Positions 62,601 to 64,000 of a DNA stretch of 64,000 nucleotides are shown in pieces. Positions within the stretch are counted from its first letter, which is position 1, and each line of letters starts with the position of its first letter. The stretch lies in NCBI GenBank assembly GCA_000934665.2, contig JYFJ02001628.1, forward strand, positions 1 through 64,000. The letters are read 5' to 3'. The notes beneath the pieces were generated by a model. The model saw only the letters and a list, made by a program, of their open reading frames with translations. It was not told the DNA's origin and did no database searches. Source of the stretch: Catajapyx aquilonaris (lineage: Eukaryota). The position numbers and the translations under genes are program-made.

Positions 62601-63840
62601 ATTGATGGATTGGTGGCAATTCACAAAGTGCAATCGCTAGGGGTCGCTCTCTAATCGACCTGCAAACAACTCTCCATACTACTGTGTTTCCTTCGGTATA
62701 TCATTCCGCACACCATATACCCCCGGATCTGCAAAAAAAAAAAAATTGCATTAAACCTAAACGCTGCCCTAGTCTGATAAAAGAGCAGCCAATATTCAGC
62801 GTGCGAATTACTTTTTTCTCCCGAACGATTCGTTTTAACTTAGCGGTTACATCGGTTGTCCGATAGCGACATGCGGTACTTATCATAGGCCCAGACTAAT
62901 TACTAGTAGACACGGGAATTACATTTTGTCCGTTTTAAACCCTGAATAATTTTGTTATATGCACTTTTTAAATAAGTAGTCTGAAAGTGGGTTAGGTAGC
63001 CGTGACATGCTACAAACTTTCACATTTATTATGAGAGCGAAGCATGACTCAAATTAAACCATTTATTGTACAGGTGTCCTACATATACGTTATTAAAATG
63101 CTAGTGCGATAACCGCACCGTGTGAATCCAATATCAAGAACATGGCGCCAGTCGATCCGAACAGAAATTGCCAATTCCTTTCCATTACTATCCAGAACTT
63201 AGACCATTGTTCTAAACGGTCAAAAATTTGGCTATACCATTTGAAAATTGATAAAGCCAAATCATCATTACGCAGTCACTGAATGTTATCAAAATCGATT
63301 CTAAAAGTTAATCCCAAAAAGCGGTTATGACTTGCGAAATTCTACATAGCTTTTTGCCTTTTCTGACTATAGTGCATATTATTCCGGAGTATAGAGCAAG
63401 GCAGCAGCAGAAGCAGGAAGGAAAGGAAAATGGAGAAAAGAGAAAAGATTCAGTTTCCATTCGGGGTCACAGAGGACGACTGTGAATACTTTCCCCCCGA
63501 CGGCAAATAAAATAATGATTTCCAATATCTTTTAGGCCCGTCACCGGGAGGACAGGCCTATAGGCCGAAATTAGATTTGGAAAAGGGGCTTGGAAGGGAT
63601 GAGAGGGGCTGCTGCCAGGGACAAGAATAATGTGCCCCGGAGATTTGCGATCCAGTCAAGTGAGCCTATTGCGACTGAAAACGCCTCGGATAACTGTTTG
63701 GGGCCAGTGGGAACAACAGAATACTCTATGCGTAAGTAGTAACGACAAACTTTTAAAGTATGGCCATGTTGTGCTGATATAGAAGTTTGGAAGGAAGCAG
63801 CATACGCCATCTACTGAATCTCCTTCACTGCTTGACTCAG

Positions 63841-63882
63841 ACTCTCCCCTGGCCAAAGCCATGGCCTTGGCCAGGGGAGAGT
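63841..63882. repeat. 42-bp GC-rich palindrome
   Basis: actctcccctggccaaagccatggccttggccaggggagagt (one mismatch). Confidence 0.8.
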
Positions 63883-64000
63883 AGAGTTAGTCAAGAAAGT
63901 CTGTACTAAGGTGGTGACCTAACCAGTGTCAATGGAACCCATGTGTTTTCTTGGTAGACCTAGCACGGGGTTGGCCCCGGGGTCGTCACAACATACAACA

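Noticed and set aside
59610..64000. NlgC as a truncated pseudogene
   Set aside because: Exons 1-2 are intact with good splice sites; exon 3 may simply lie beyond the window.

Overview
Eukaryotic, intron-containing genomic DNA, most likely from an arthropod (insect-type neuroligin signatures, minimal introns of about 60 nt, TCAGTY initiator motifs). The right half holds a 5-exon WRAP53/TCAB1/WDR79 gene (+, 32264-34433, 503 aa, one GC-AG intron) followed by a cluster of three neuroligin paralogues. NlgA (+, 36948-42038) has 5 coding exons, 970 aa, and ends EMRV. NlgB (-, 53307-44511) has 8 coding exons and 995 aa. NlgC (+, from 57031) has only exons 1-2 in the window. A and B are tail-to-tail; B and C are head-to-head. 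All exon phases were checked by hand and join in frame. The left ~31 kb has no recognisable protein domain. It contains many hairpin MITEs, candidate minus-strand promoters and first exons (one encoding a signal-peptide-like sequence), and a probable decayed LINE starting beside the WRAP53 promoter. Most notable observations: an 88/90-nt identical tract between NlgA and NlgC exon 2 (candidate gene conversion), upstream AUGs just before all three neuroligin start codons, a Trp-microsatellite signal peptide, and MITEs carrying CRE sites. I see no clear wholly new molecular system. Paralogue identities are from remembered signatures and need a phylogeny.
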